A program made the position numbers and the translations under genes. A DNA stretch of 64,000 nucleotides, taken from the NCBI GenBank assembly GCA_035626675.1, contig DASPNH010000127.1:23811-87810 (forward strand). The letters run 5' to 3'. This DNA comes from Candidatus Binatia bacterium. Its GTDB lineage: Bacteria; Desulfobacterota; Binatia; UBA1149; CAITLU01. The first letter of the stretch is position 1. Each line of letters starts with the position of its first letter. Positions 32,068-41,737 of this stretch are shown here, piece by piece. The notes below the pieces were generated by a model. The model was not told the origin of the DNA. It searched no databases and saw nothing but the letters and a program-made list of their open reading frames with translations.

Positions 32068-33315
32068 TCAGTTCCCGAAGTCCCAACCGTCGCCGTCGCG
32101 ATACGCCTTCAGGATGTTCTTGGCGATCAGGATGCGGTGCACCTCATCGGGCCCGTCGGCGATGCGCAGCGTGCGCGCGCCCTGATACATCTCAGCCAGC
32201 GGCAGGTCGCCCGAGACTCCGGCGCCGCCCCAGACCTGGATCGCGCGGTCGACGACGCGGTGGTAGGCGGCCGGCACGAAGATCTTGATGGCCGAGATGT
32301 CGGTGCGCGGGTCGCCGCCGCTTTCCATCTTCTCCGCGCAGTGCAGCGTCATCAGGCGCGCCGACTGTATGTCGATGTAGCTGTCGGCGATGAAGCCCTG
32401 CACGAACTGCTTGGTCTCGAGCTTGCCGCCGTGAACCTCGCGCGTGGTGGCGCGTTCGACCATCAGGTCGAAGGCGCGCCACATCTGGCCGATCGAGTTC
32501 ATGCAGTGGTAGATGCGGCCCGCGCCGAGGCGGTCCTGCGCGGCCTGATGGCCCGAGCCGGCTCGTCCGAGCGCGTTCTCGAGCGGCACGCGCACGTCGT
32601 CGTAGACGATCTCGCAGTGATCGCTGTCGCGTCCCCACACCGGAACGCCGCGCACGACCCGCACGCCGGGCGTGTCGGTGGGTACGATGATCTGCGTCAT
32701 GCGGCCGTTACGCTCGGCCGAGGATGCATCCTCGGTGCGGCACATGACGATGAAAAAGTGCGCGCGCTTGCCGTTGGACGTGAACCACTTGTGCCCGTTG
32801 ATCACCCATTGATCGCCTTCGCGACGCGCGGTGGTGCGAATCGAGCGCGGGTCCGAGCCCGGCGAGTCGGGCTCGGTCATCGAAAAGCCGGATTCCATGC
32901 CGCTCTCGATCATCGGGATCAGCCATTTGCGCTTCTGCTCCTCGGTGCCGTACTTGACCAGGATCGACTGGTTGCCCGAGTTCGGTGCGACCACACCGAA
33001 CAGCGCTGCCGCGCCGGTAGCGTAGGCCAGAACCTCGTTCATGTAGGCGTGTTCGAGGAAGTTGAGCCCGGCGCCGCCGTACTCGCGCGGAAGATGCGGC
33101 GCCCACAGCCCCGCCTGCTTGACCTTGTCGCGAATGCCCGCGCGCAGCTCGTGGGAGCGACGGCGTGCGCCTTCGTCGACGGCTCCGCCGCGGCGGCCGA
33201 CCCACAGCTCGCTCTCGTTCGGAAGGATGTCCTCGTTGACGATCCTGGCGGTGCGCTCGCGGATGTCGTTGATGCGCTCGGAGATCGTGGGAATGGGGCG
33301 GACGTTCATGCGCAT
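32068..33315 (-). CDS. Acyl-CoA dehydrogenase
   Basis: The FSMTEPDSPGSD (FxxTEPxxGSD) motif, C-terminal QVWGGAGVSGDLPLAEMYQGARTLRIADGPDEVH, and catalytic-base region are all present. Confidence 0.85.
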   Translation of the reverse strand: MRMNVRPIPTISERINDIRERTARIVNEDILPNESELWVGRRGGAVDEGARRRSHELRAGIRDKVKQAGLWAPHLPREYGGAGLNFLEHAYMNEVLAYATGAAALFGVVAPNSGNQSILVKYGTEEQKRKWLIPMIESGMESGFSMTEPDSPGSDPRSIRTTARREGDQWVINGHKWFTSNGKRAHFFIVMCRTEDASSAERNGRMTQIIVPTDTPGVRVVRGVPVWGRDSDHCEIVYDDVRVPLENALGRAGSGHQAAQDRLGAGRIYHCMNSIGQMWRAFDLMVERATTREVHGGKLETKQFVQGFIADSYIDIQSARLMTLHCAEKMESGGDPRTDISAIKIFVPAAYHRVVDRAIQVWGGAGVSGDLPLAEMYQGARTLRIADGPDEVHRILIAKNILKAYRDGDGWDFGN

Positions 33316-33590
33316 GGCGTGCTCCTGATTCCTGCGCCTGCGCTCGCGAGCTCGCAGCCAGGCGATGGCGACTTATGGGAAGCCGCGGCGCGCGAAGCAA
33401 CCGTGACGCTCGGCGCGGCCCGTGCCGCTATCGAGCAGTCGTCGCGAGCCTGACGGCATCGTCCGACCGTGCATCGAGCGACGCGGGGCTTCCTCATGAC
33501 GCTCGCGTGCACGCCTCGTCTTGATCCCACCTCGCGCCCGGTACATTGCGCGGCGTGGCCGAGCGGCAGGATCGTCCCGAGCTTCTCGGC

Positions 33591-34472
33591 ATGGCAGCCG
33601 TGGCCCTGACGGTTCTGATGTGGGGAATGAGCGCGGTCGCCATCAAGGCCGTTTCCACCGGCGGGCTGGTGACCGCGACCTATCGCTTGTGGATCGCGGT
33701 TCCCGCGATGTGGCTGACCATGCTCGCGCCAGGTCTGCGCCGCCGCCTGGATGCTCGCTGGGCGCGCGCCTCGCTGATCGGCGGGCTGCTCTTCAGCATC
33801 CACCAGATCCTCTATTTCGTCAGCCTCAAGATGACGAGCGTCGCCAACGTCACGATCATCGGTGCATTGCAGCCGGCGCTGGTGCTGCTGATGGCCGGCC
33901 CGATGTTCGGCGAGGCTGCGACGCGTCAGTCGATCCTGTGGTCCGCGATCGCGTTCGTCGGCACCGCGCTGGTGGTGCTGGGCGGCACGCACGATGGAGC
34001 CTCGAGTCTGCTCGGTGACGTGCTCGCGTTCATCAACCTGTTCGCGTTCACGGCCTACTTCCTGGCCTCGAAGCGGTTCCGGGCCGACGTCCACGCTTGG
34101 GACTACGTGGTCGGGATGACGACGGTCTCGGGCGTGGTCATCGTGGCCGTCACCTTGGCGACACGCCAGGAGTTCGGCTCGCCGGCGCCGTGGGAATGGG
34201 CGGTGCTGGCCGGAATCGCGATCTTCCCGGGCACGCTCGGACACGTCCTGACCAACTGGGCGCACGCCCACGTACCCGCGTTCGTCTCCTCGATGATTCT
34301 GCTCGCCGTTCCCGTCATCGCCACCGCCGCGGCCTGGATGCTGGTGGACGAACGCATCACCGGGCTTCAGCTCGCCGGCGGCGCGGTCGTGCTCGGCGCG
34401 ATCGCCAAGATCGTGCAGACAAGCCGCCGCCCGCGAGTGATCGACGCGGTCGAGGCCTCTTCGATGCCGTGA
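33591..34472 (+). CDS. EamA/DMT-superfamily transporter
   Basis: About ten predicted TM helices and duplicated EamA-like halves are present. The ATG at 33591 was verified in the sequence. Confidence 0.7.
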   Translation: MAAVALTVLMWGMSAVAIKAVSTGGLVTATYRLWIAVPAMWLTMLAPGLRRRLDARWARASLIGGLLFSIHQILYFVSLKMTSVANVTIIGALQPALVLLMAGPMFGEAATRQSILWSAIAFVGTALVVLGGTHDGASSLLGDVLAFINLFAFTAYFLASKRFRADVHAWDYVVGMTTVSGVVIVAVTLATRQEFGSPAPWEWAVLAGIAIFPGTLGHVLTNWAHAHVPAFVSSMILLAVPVIATAAAWMLVDERITGLQLAGGAVVLGAIAKIVQTSRRPRVIDAVEASSMP

Positions 34473-34536
34473 GCGGGGCGGCCTGGTCGAGCAACAGGCT
34501 CGACCAGCGGTCGCCTCGCGACTGGCACGCCCGAGG

Positions 34537-35601
34537 CTACACGGAGTCGCCGCTGTCCGCTTTCAGTGCGGCGTAGAACTCGGAGGTGATCTGCACGAGC
34601 AGATTGGTGACGGGCCCGCTGCGCAGGAGCTGCTCGACGCGCGGCCACACGGCTTCTGCCCACGCTTCCACGTCCGGAGCCGCGCCGATGCCGGCCAGCC
34701 ACTGCCCCACCGTGCGATTGCGATCGCTTCGGACGAGCAGTTCGATCACGGCGCGCAGGCGCTGTTCGGTATCGTCGCGCGTCAGGGCCGACGACACGAT
34801 GCTGTGGGCCGCATGCTCGACGTGCCGGGCCGTATCGCCATCGATGCCGGAGGTCAGATCGCGCAGCGACTGCGTATAGAGAAAGGCCAGCAGGTTCTTG
34901 CGCAGCTCGACGAACTTGGGATCGCCGCCGCGCTGCACCACCAGCTCGGCCAGCTCTACGCGGGCGCGCCGTGAGAACACGGTAAGAAAGCGGCGGATCT
35001 CGGGCTCGAGCCGCTTGTCGAACTCGCCGCGCATCGCCTCCATCGACGACAGGATCATGCTGCCGCCGATCGGCATTCGGCGCAGGATGGCTGGCAGTCC
35101 CCACTCGGCGAAGAACGGATTGACCGTCGTGTTGAACTGCGTGATGGCGTCGTAGAGCGTGTCGTGCAGGACGTCCTCGACGGCCTGCTGCTCGAACACC
35201 TTGCGCACCAGGCTCTCGGGCAGAAGGTCGCGCTTCTCCAGGATCGCGTCGATGGCTCGCCGCGCGTCTTCGGGGACGTATTCGCCGAGCCCGCCGTCGT
35301 GCTCCTGCAGCGCCGCCACCACGTGGCGGTGCACTTCGCGCGCAATCGGGGCAATGGTGCTGCGCGCGGTTTCCGTTGCCAATCGGTGGCGCAGCAGGGC
35401 GGCAATGGTGCCGGCATCCAGGACCTTGTGCAGCGGCGTGCCGGCAAGTTGCTCGTAGGCGGCGCGCCATCCGCGAATCCAGTCGCGGCGGGTCTCGGGC
35501 GAGACCAGACGCTGCTGGAGAAAGGACACGTGCTCGCGCTCGAGGTCGTCGAGCACATGGCGCGGAAGGCGTGTCTCGCTCATGCGCAGCGGCGATAGCA
35601 T
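34537..35601 (-). CDS. Hypothetical protein (about 355 aa), no recognisable domain
   Basis: The ORF MLSPLRMSETRLPRHVLDDLEREHVSFLQQRL... has globular, balanced composition. Codon usage is consistent with its neighbours. The start could be 35601 or 35583. Confidence 0.45.
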   Translation of the reverse strand: MLSPLRMSETRLPRHVLDDLEREHVSFLQQRLVSPETRRDWIRGWRAAYEQLAGTPLHKVLDAGTIAALLRHRLATETARSTIAPIAREVHRHVVAALQEHDGGLGEYVPEDARRAIDAILEKRDLLPESLVRKVFEQQAVEDVLHDTLYDAITQFNTTVNPFFAEWGLPAILRRMPIGGSMILSSMEAMRGEFDKRLEPEIRRFLTVFSRRARVELAELVVQRGGDPKFVELRKNLLAFLYTQSLRDLTSGIDGDTARHVEHAAHSIVSSALTRDDTEQRLRAVIELLVRSDRNRTVGQWLAGIGAAPDVEAWAEAVWPRVEQLLRSGPVTNLLVQITSEFYAALKADSGDSV

Positions 35602-35829
35602 GGCCGCCGGCCACCTACACGCGCGAGCCGGGTGCACGGCGCACGCCGCGTCAAGACGATCATCCCGGGACACTGTGACCGGCGGCTCCCAATGCGAAGC
35701 GCCCCGCTGTGAGAACCGGCGTGGCCTCCACGGAGCAAAAGTCAGCGACGCGGCAAGCTTACGGAGGCAGCCAGCGATGGCCCGGCGCTTGCTCTTTCCT
35801 GGCCAACGTTCGCGCGAAGCCGACGAGGG

Positions 35830-36045
35830 CGGCAGGGGAGGCGGACAGGTTGGGGCGCGATGGCACCGGGGAGGGCCATCGCGGATCGTGTGGGGTTGCT
35901 CCGAGCGTGGGGACGTATCGGAGCTGTTCTTGGGGACGAATCGGCGGTCGGTCACGGGTGGCTTTGGACCGACAGCGGATGATGAAAGACCCCGCGCTTC
36001 GGCTCGCAGCTCTGGAGGCGACCCGTAGCGCGGGGTTTTTCTTTT
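35830..36045 (+). ncRNA. Candidate structured RNA (sRNA or 5' leader/attenuator) ending in an intrinsic terminator
   Basis: The segment is non-coding in all frames. It holds six spaced (T)GGGGA motifs plus several GGA motifs. These are followed by the hairpin CCCCGCGC...GCGCGGGG and TTTTTCTTTT. No protein gene lies upstream on this strand. Confidence 0.25.
35990..36045 (+). terminator. Rho-independent-terminator-like hairpin plus U-tract about 60 nt upstream of the EEP gene start
   Basis: The stem ccccgcgc (35990-35997) pairs with gcgcgggg (36028-36035). It is followed by ttttt c tttt (36036-36045). Confidence 0.5.
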
Positions 36046-36105
36046 GGTGTGGCGCGACCCGAGGTACGAAAAACATCGATGCATGCTGGTGCGCGCCGCC
36101 GTAGG

Positions 36106-37623
36106 ATGAACCGCTCCTCCTCCATGAAGCAGCAGGCCCACAGGAGCTGGCGCGTTCTGACGCTGGCGGCATTTCTCTGTCTGACCCAGGCCGCCGAGAC
36201 GCCTGGCGGTCGCAGCACCCAGGTGCCCTCGTTGTGCGACGTCGACCACCGGCCCTGGCTCCTCGACCAGAACGCAAACGCACGGGCCGCCTTTTTCGCG
36301 CCGGCGCAGCGGTCAGCCGGCGAGATGCCCTCCGGCGCACCCGCTTCGGTTTCTCTCGGCAGCGCGACCTCAACCGAACCGGTTGCCACCACTGCCTCGG
36401 CCGAGCCCGAACTGCGCGTGGTCACCTACAACATCCACAGCGGTCTCGGCCAGAGCCATGCCCTGCGGCGTGCGCGCGAGGAGGTCGAGAACAACCTTCG
36501 CACCATTGCCGCCGACATCGTCTCCAGCACGGGCGCGCACGAGCCGGCCGACATCGTCGCGCTGAACGAGGTCGACTTCGATTCGCAGCGCAGCGCCGGC
36601 ATCGACGAAGCCGCGTTTCTGGCCGAGGAGCTGGCGCAGCGCACCGGCCACCACTACGAGATCGTGCGCGGCGAGACGTGGCGGCGCAGCCTTCCGGGCC
36701 TGCGCGTGCGTTTCGGCAACGCGCTGCTGACGCGTCTTCCCCTGGTCAGCGCCAGCGCCTGCCTGCTCACCGACGACGATTCGTGCGACGGCGCTGCCCG
36801 CGTCGACGGACTTCCCTCGCTGCGCGTGGGCGGCATCGCCGGCTTCTTCAGCGAGCGCCGCGGCGTGGTCAAGGCGACGGTTCGATCCGGCAGCCGGCTG
36901 GTCGACGTGCTCGTCACGCATCTGGATCCGTTCCTGGCTTCGGTGCGCGAGGCGCAGGCACTTCATCTGTTGCGCCGCTTCGTCGACCCGGGTCGCACCA
37001 CGCTGCTGCTGGGCGACCTCAACGCGGTCTCGACGCCGCTGACCACGGCGCGCCGCTTCTTCGCCACCGATCGCACGCTCGACATCCTGACCAGCGCCAG
37101 CCTCTCGGATGCTCGCGTGACCTATGCATCCGCGCATGGCCTGCCGTCGCTGAATCAATGGCCGACCTACCCCGCCGCCGAGCCCCTGTGGCCGCTGGAC
37201 GCGGTCCTGGCATCGGCCGACCTGGCGCCGCGGACCATTGAAGTGATCGGCGAGACCGCTTCCGACCATCGCGGGCTGATGACGCGCCTGGCGGCGGTGG
37301 ACGGCCAGATGCTGGCGTTGCAGCAGGCCCGGCTCGACGCGATTCGCGCGACCCAGCTCGACCGTATCCTGCACTGCGACGTCGTCGCGGCCGACCACCG
37401 CCGTGCGACGCTGCTGGACCTCACCGGCTTTGGCGCGATGGTTCAGGCACGGGAGCAGGTGCGCGCCGCGGCCTTCCCCGTCGCTCAGCTCGGCGATGCC
37501 GATTATGCTGGGCCGATGGGCTCTGTTCCTCCCGCTTCCGGTGCCGCAAAGAGCGCTGGCCATCCGTCGATGGCTGCCGCCGCGCACGCACCTGCAAGGA
37601 CGAACCAGACCCCGGCAATGTGA
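36106..37623 (+). CDS. Secreted endonuclease/exonuclease/phosphatase (EEP) family protein
   Basis: LRVVTYNIHSG, ADIVALNEVD and SDHRGL are EEP catalytic motifs. An N-terminal signal peptide is present (the start could alternatively be 36124, MKQQAH...). About 120 extra C-terminal residues follow the domain. Confidence 0.7.
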   Translation: MNRSSSMKQQAHRSWRVLTLAAFLCLTQAAETPGGRSTQVPSLCDVDHRPWLLDQNANARAAFFAPAQRSAGEMPSGAPASVSLGSATSTEPVATTASAEPELRVVTYNIHSGLGQSHALRRAREEVENNLRTIAADIVSSTGAHEPADIVALNEVDFDSQRSAGIDEAAFLAEELAQRTGHHYEIVRGETWRRSLPGLRVRFGNALLTRLPLVSASACLLTDDDSCDGAARVDGLPSLRVGGIAGFFSERRGVVKATVRSGSRLVDVLVTHLDPFLASVREAQALHLLRRFVDPGRTTLLLGDLNAVSTPLTTARRFFATDRTLDILTSASLSDARVTYASAHGLPSLNQWPTYPAAEPLWPLDAVLASADLAPRTIEVIGETASDHRGLMTRLAAVDGQMLALQQARLDAIRATQLDRILHCDVVAADHRRATLLDLTGFGAMVQAREQVRAAAFPVAQLGDADYAGPMGSVPPASGAAKSAGHPSMAAAAHAPARTNQTPAM

Positions 37624-39209
37624 TGGCCCGTTGGCGCCGGCTGCGGCGCGGGCGACTCCTCGTTGCCGTTGCGGTCGTCGCCGCCGGCAGCGGTCTGTGG
37701 GTGGCGTGGCCGGAAAGGCCCGAAAGGCCTTCGCCGCCGCTTGCGCCCTACCAGGCGGGCCAGAGCCTGCGCCGGACCTTCGAGGGCTTTCCGCAGCCTG
37801 CCGACGACGCCTCGCTGCGCCTGTACGCCGACAATACCGAGGCGTGGGTCGAGCGGTGGCGCCTGCTCTCCGGCGCCGGTCGCAGCATCGACGTCAGCTA
37901 CTTCATCCTGCACGAGGACATTTTCGGGCTGTCCTTCCTCGGACATCTGCTCGAGCGCGCTCGCGAAGGCGTTTCGGTCCGCATGCTGCTGGACGCGCTC
38001 GGCACCAAGATGTCGCGCGAGCTGGCCGGCAACGAGTATCTCGAAGAGCTTGCCGCCAATCCGAAAGTCGCGCTGCGCACGTATCGCCCGCTGTGGCGGC
38101 GCTGGACCGAAGGGCTGCTGACACTGCGACCCACCGCGATCGTCGCCAGCGAGCACGACAAGATCCTGGTCGTGGACGCCGTTCGCAGCCTGATCGGCGG
38201 GCGCAACATCTCGGTGGAGTATTTCGCCGATCCCGTCCGCGACGAGCAGGCCTTCCGCGACGTCGACCTCCGCATCGACAGCAAGCCGATCGCAGCGGCC
38301 CTGACACGCGCATTCGAGCATCAGTTCGACAGTGAAGACGCGGCGGCGTCCAGTGAAGCGGCGTCGGAGGATCCGCGCAGCTCCGACCTGCGACGCGCGT
38401 ATCGCGCCATGGACCAGTGGCTGCACGGCCGCGCGCCGTCGGTCGGGGACGCGCAGATCGACGCCGAATGGCTGCGCCAGCTCCAGGAGCATCCCGGTCT
38501 GCGCGGCGCGCTGGATGGCAAGCCGGCGCCGCCGATCCGTGCCGAGACGCGCATCCTGGACAGCCACACGCGCTTCAACGCACCCGACGATCAGATCACC
38601 GAAGGCCTGCTGCGCCTGGTGCGCTCGGCGCGCAAGGAGATCTTCGCGCAAACGCCTTATGTCGTGCTCTCCGAGCAGGGCGTGCGCGCTTTCGAAGAAG
38701 CCGCTGCACGCGGCGTGGCCATCACCATCGTCACCAACAGCCCGGTCTCCAGCGACAACGCTCTGAGCCAGGCTTTCTTTCTGGAGCAATGGCCCGAGTT
38801 GCTCGCGCGCGTTCCCACGCTGCGGCTCTTCGTGGCCGGAGGCCAGAACAACCTGCATGCCAAGGCGGTCACCTTCGACGGCGACGTCGCATTGGTCGGG
38901 ACCTACAACCTCGATCCCGTCAGCATGGCGTTCAACAGCGAAGTGATGGCAGCGAGCTGGTCCAGGGAGTTTGCCGAGCGCGTCGATGCGCGCGCCAGGA
39001 ACCTGATCGCACGCGGAGCACCCGCTCTCTTCGAGTACCGGATCCGGCGCGACACCAATGGAATTGCCGTGCGCGAGGACGATGGCCGCATCGCCGTCGA
39101 GTTCGGCCCGCGCGACCATTGCACGCCCGAGGAGTGGGCCGCGCTCGGCGCCTACTGGACCGTGCTCAAGGCTGCCAAGGACTTCATCGGTTTCTCGCCG
39201 ATCCTGTGA
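37623..39209 (+). CDS. Phospholipase D / cardiolipin-synthase-like protein with two HKD motifs and an N-terminal TM anchor
   Basis: EHDKILVVD and NLHAKAVTFDGD are the two HxK(x4)D motifs. The N-terminal TM helix is LLVAVAVVAAGSGLWVAW. The ATG overlaps the EEP stop as TGATG. Confidence 0.8.
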   Translation: MARWRRLRRGRLLVAVAVVAAGSGLWVAWPERPERPSPPLAPYQAGQSLRRTFEGFPQPADDASLRLYADNTEAWVERWRLLSGAGRSIDVSYFILHEDIFGLSFLGHLLERAREGVSVRMLLDALGTKMSRELAGNEYLEELAANPKVALRTYRPLWRRWTEGLLTLRPTAIVASEHDKILVVDAVRSLIGGRNISVEYFADPVRDEQAFRDVDLRIDSKPIAAALTRAFEHQFDSEDAAASSEAASEDPRSSDLRRAYRAMDQWLHGRAPSVGDAQIDAEWLRQLQEHPGLRGALDGKPAPPIRAETRILDSHTRFNAPDDQITEGLLRLVRSARKEIFAQTPYVVLSEQGVRAFEEAAARGVAITIVTNSPVSSDNALSQAFFLEQWPELLARVPTLRLFVAGGQNNLHAKAVTFDGDVALVGTYNLDPVSMAFNSEVMAASWSREFAERVDARARNLIARGAPALFEYRIRRDTNGIAVREDDGRIAVEFGPRDHCTPEEWAALGAYWTVLKAAKDFIGFSPIL

Positions 39210-39242
39210 GCGCGGCCGCCGTGCGAAGGGTCAGCGCCGAGC

Positions 39243-39734
39243 TCATGCCTCGACGTGGAGAATGACCGTGGCGACGAGCGGATCGGGCTGCCCCGTACGA
39301 TAGACCGTGCCCTGATAGACCTGGCCGACGACAGCGTCATCGAGCGAATCGACGGTAATGATCACGCTCTTGCCGCTGCTGCCGACCTCGGCCTTCATTG
39401 GAAGGGCCACCATGTTGGCCATGTCCGTCAACTCGGAGCAGCTCAGAGCCACTCCGGGTCCCAGGTCGACTTCGATGGACTCGACGCATCGCCCGGCCTG
39501 CTTGGACGCGTTCATCTCGCACGTGGGAGGGCCGAGGTCGGAAAAGATCAGGTTGTAGGGATACATCGCCAGCCGATAGGCCTCGATGTTGAAGGCCGTC
39601 CAGTCGGCCCAGTAATCGTTGATGGTGTAGCTGCCGGTCTGTGCACGCTCGACTGCGCGCCGGCATCTGCCCAGACTGTTGCTGGCGAAGTCGGCGTACA
39701 GCGTGGCCAGGGTGTTGACGCTGACTGTAGGCAT
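39243..39734 (-). CDS. Hypothetical protein (163 aa)
   Basis: The ORF MPTVSVNTLATLYADFASNSLGRC... is the last gene of a 3-gene minus-strand unit. No domain was recognised. Confidence 0.4.
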   Translation of the reverse strand: MPTVSVNTLATLYADFASNSLGRCRRAVERAQTGSYTINDYWADWTAFNIEAYRLAMYPYNLIFSDLGPPTCEMNASKQAGRCVESIEVDLGPGVALSCSELTDMANMVALPMKAEVGSSGKSVIITVDSLDDAVVGQVYQGTVYRTGQPDPLVATVILHVEA

Positions 39735-39759
39735 GGATCCTTTCGCGCGAGGTCGCTGT

Positions 39760-40659
39760 TCATCCTCGCGGCGCTTGCGGGATATCACAAAGATGCAGGA
39801 AGTGCTGCTTGTCCACCACGAAGATGGTCGGGATCACCTCCACATCCGCGCACCCGAAGTCGTCGCTGATGGCGTCGACGGTGGCCTCCACCAGCGCGAC
39901 GAGCGAGACGCGAAGCCCCTCCATGGGGATGCCCTGGCGCTCGCGAATCGCCGCAACGACGTCGGCCGGGAGCACCAGGAGCTTGCACGCGGCGAAGCGT
40001 GAAGTCTCGATCAGCTCGCCTGCGATGCCATTGGCATCCCGGACCGAGATGAAGCCCTGGTCTGCGGCCAGCGTGGTGGTCTCCGCACCGTTGGGAACCG
40101 GGATCTGGGCATACTCCGCGCCCGCCGGCTGAAGAAGCCGGTACTCCATCCGGTAGGCGTCCAGGATGCCGTCATCCGAGCTGTCTTCGTGCCGCACGTC
40201 GATCTCGAGCACGTTGTGGAAAACGACCCGCGAGTTGGGGATCGCGTCGTAGGAGAGATCGAAACGCTCGACGAGCAGGCGGCGCTCGGCGATGACGTGC
40301 GGATTGGGCGTGCTCAGTGCCGTGACCGGACCGACGTAGCGCGCGTCCTTGAATGCAGACTTGGGGAAGTCATCCCATCTGGTCGGATCGACTCGGCGAA
40401 CGACCTCCTCGTAGCTGCCCAGGACGTCCATGGTGTAGCGCACCAGCGCGGCCTCTCCGTCGGGATCCACGTAGACTTCCACGAAGACGGTCTGGACGCA
40501 GACCCTCTGCGGCAACCGTCCTGGCGCCGGCGGCTGGCCGATGACCGGAGTGGGGATGGGAAGCTGCGGAACCTGCGCGGCAGGCAGATCGAGCGCACGC
40601 ATCGGCGGTTCGGCTTCGAGCACGGCGGTGCTCGACGAACCAGAAAAACTGGACGACAT
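39760..40659 (-). CDS. Hypothetical protein (299 aa)
   Basis: The ORF MSSSFSGSSSTAVLEAEPPMRALDLP... begins with a Ser/Pro-rich N-terminus and continues into a globular region. No domain was recognised. Confidence 0.45.
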   Translation of the reverse strand: MSSSFSGSSSTAVLEAEPPMRALDLPAAQVPQLPIPTPVIGQPPAPGRLPQRVCVQTVFVEVYVDPDGEAALVRYTMDVLGSYEEVVRRVDPTRWDDFPKSAFKDARYVGPVTALSTPNPHVIAERRLLVERFDLSYDAIPNSRVVFHNVLEIDVRHEDSSDDGILDAYRMEYRLLQPAGAEYAQIPVPNGAETTTLAADQGFISVRDANGIAGELIETSRFAACKLLVLPADVVAAIRERQGIPMEGLRVSLVALVEATVDAISDDFGCADVEVIPTIFVVDKQHFLHLCDIPQAPRG

Positions 40660-40777
40660 AGGCAAGACCTCCGAACGAACCTGCCCTTGTGGCCAGATGG
40701 ACGACGTTGAAGGAAGGGCCGCGCCCGGTCCGACGTGGCGTTGGTCACAGCGTGCGGTCGAAAAGTCGCGCTGGCGT

Positions 40778-41737
40778 CTAGGTGCGGCGCGGGAAGCTTC
40801 GGAAGACCACCGAGCCGGCGGCCTCGCCGACGAGCCGGCCGTCCACCTCCAGGGCCGCCGTGGTCTGCACCCACGTCCGGCCCTTTTCGTCGGTGCGCCG
40901 CGAACCTGCACGCGCGAGGTAAGAGGCGAGGCCGTCGTGCAGCGGCTCGATCCAGCGGTAGGTCATGTCGGCGATCAGCATCGACTCGTCCCGATCCTCG
41001 GGCACACCGTCGCCGCGCACGATCTTGCCCGCATCGCCGAGCGCCTGCTCGGCCACACCGACGAGCGAACCTGGAAGCTCCCGGCACCCGCCGCGGACCT
41101 CGCGATCGGTCCAGCCGAGCTCGTATGCCGGCAGAGCAAGGCGCCGGGGAAGCAACGTAAGGTAGTCCGAGATCCGGCGCTCGAGCTCGGCGGCATCGGC
41201 CGCGGCGCCGGGAGCAGCGCCGACAACGGCGCCGTTGGCGGCGCCGTTTGCGGCGCCGACAGCCGTTCCGGCAGCGGCATCGAAGCCGGCGCGCGCGATG
41301 ACCGTGACCACAGGCTCGGATTCGGAGGCGACGAGGCGGGTCATCTCGACGTCGACGGTGGTGGCTGCCGGGGTCTGCTCGAGAACCGCGGACCAGGAAA
41401 GGGTCGTTGCACCGTCGGCGATCCGCGGATGCGACCGCGGATCCGCAACGGGGATCGCCTTGCGAAAGCGGACGCTGATGTCGCGGATGACGGGCGAGGC
41501 CGAGCGGCTGAGCATCGCCAGCGTCGCACAACGGCACGCCGTCTCGGCAAGCAGCGCGCCGGAGACGGCCGGCCACCGATTGCCGGAGATGACGTCCTGC
41601 GAGAGCTCGACGTGACCCCGGCACTTCCCGGTGCCGGCAACGGCCGGCGTCATCGAAGGAAGCGGCAGGCCGCACGGCAGGACGTCCCACTGGCCGGCAT
41701 GCCGTACCAGCTGCTCCCGGTAATCCGCGCGCGCCAC
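40778..41737 (-). CDS. Putative double hotdog-fold (thioesterase/dehydratase-like) protein
   Basis: HVELSQDVISGNRWPAVSGALLAETACRCA resembles the PaaI/4HBT substrate-binding segment but is degenerate. The C-terminal MTYRWIEPLHDG...VQTTAALEVDGRLVGEAAGSVVF is hotdog-like. A Gly/Ala-rich linker separates the two halves. Confidence 0.4.
   Translation of the reverse strand: MARADYREQLVRHAGQWDVLPCGLPLPSMTPAVAGTGKCRGHVELSQDVISGNRWPAVSGALLAETACRCATLAMLSRSASPVIRDISVRFRKAIPVADPRSHPRIADGATTLSWSAVLEQTPAATTVDVEMTRLVASESEPVVTVIARAGFDAAAGTAVGAANGAANGAVVGAAPGAAADAAELERRISDYLTLLPRRLALPAYELGWTDREVRGGCRELPGSLVGVAEQALGDAGKIVRGDGVPEDRDESMLIADMTYRWIEPLHDGLASYLARAGSRRTDEKGRTWVQTTAALEVDGRLVGEAAGSVVFRSFPRRT

Noticed and set aside
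35830-35990. Tried matching the leader to cobalamin, glycine, c-di-AMP, RNase P, SRP and tmRNA consensus motifs
   Set aside because: Only short chance-level similarities were found (for example GTGAGAACCGGCG and GGAGCAAAAG). No class could be assigned without a covariance-model search.
35709-36104. 131-aa plus-strand ORF in the 500-bp intergenic region
   Set aside because: Its composition is implausible and it has no RBS. It overlaps the terminator hairpin. The region is better explained as structured RNA.
40314-41690. 458-aa minus ORF and 424-aa plus ORF over the hotdog-like gene
   Set aside because: They are Arg-rich off-frame artefacts.
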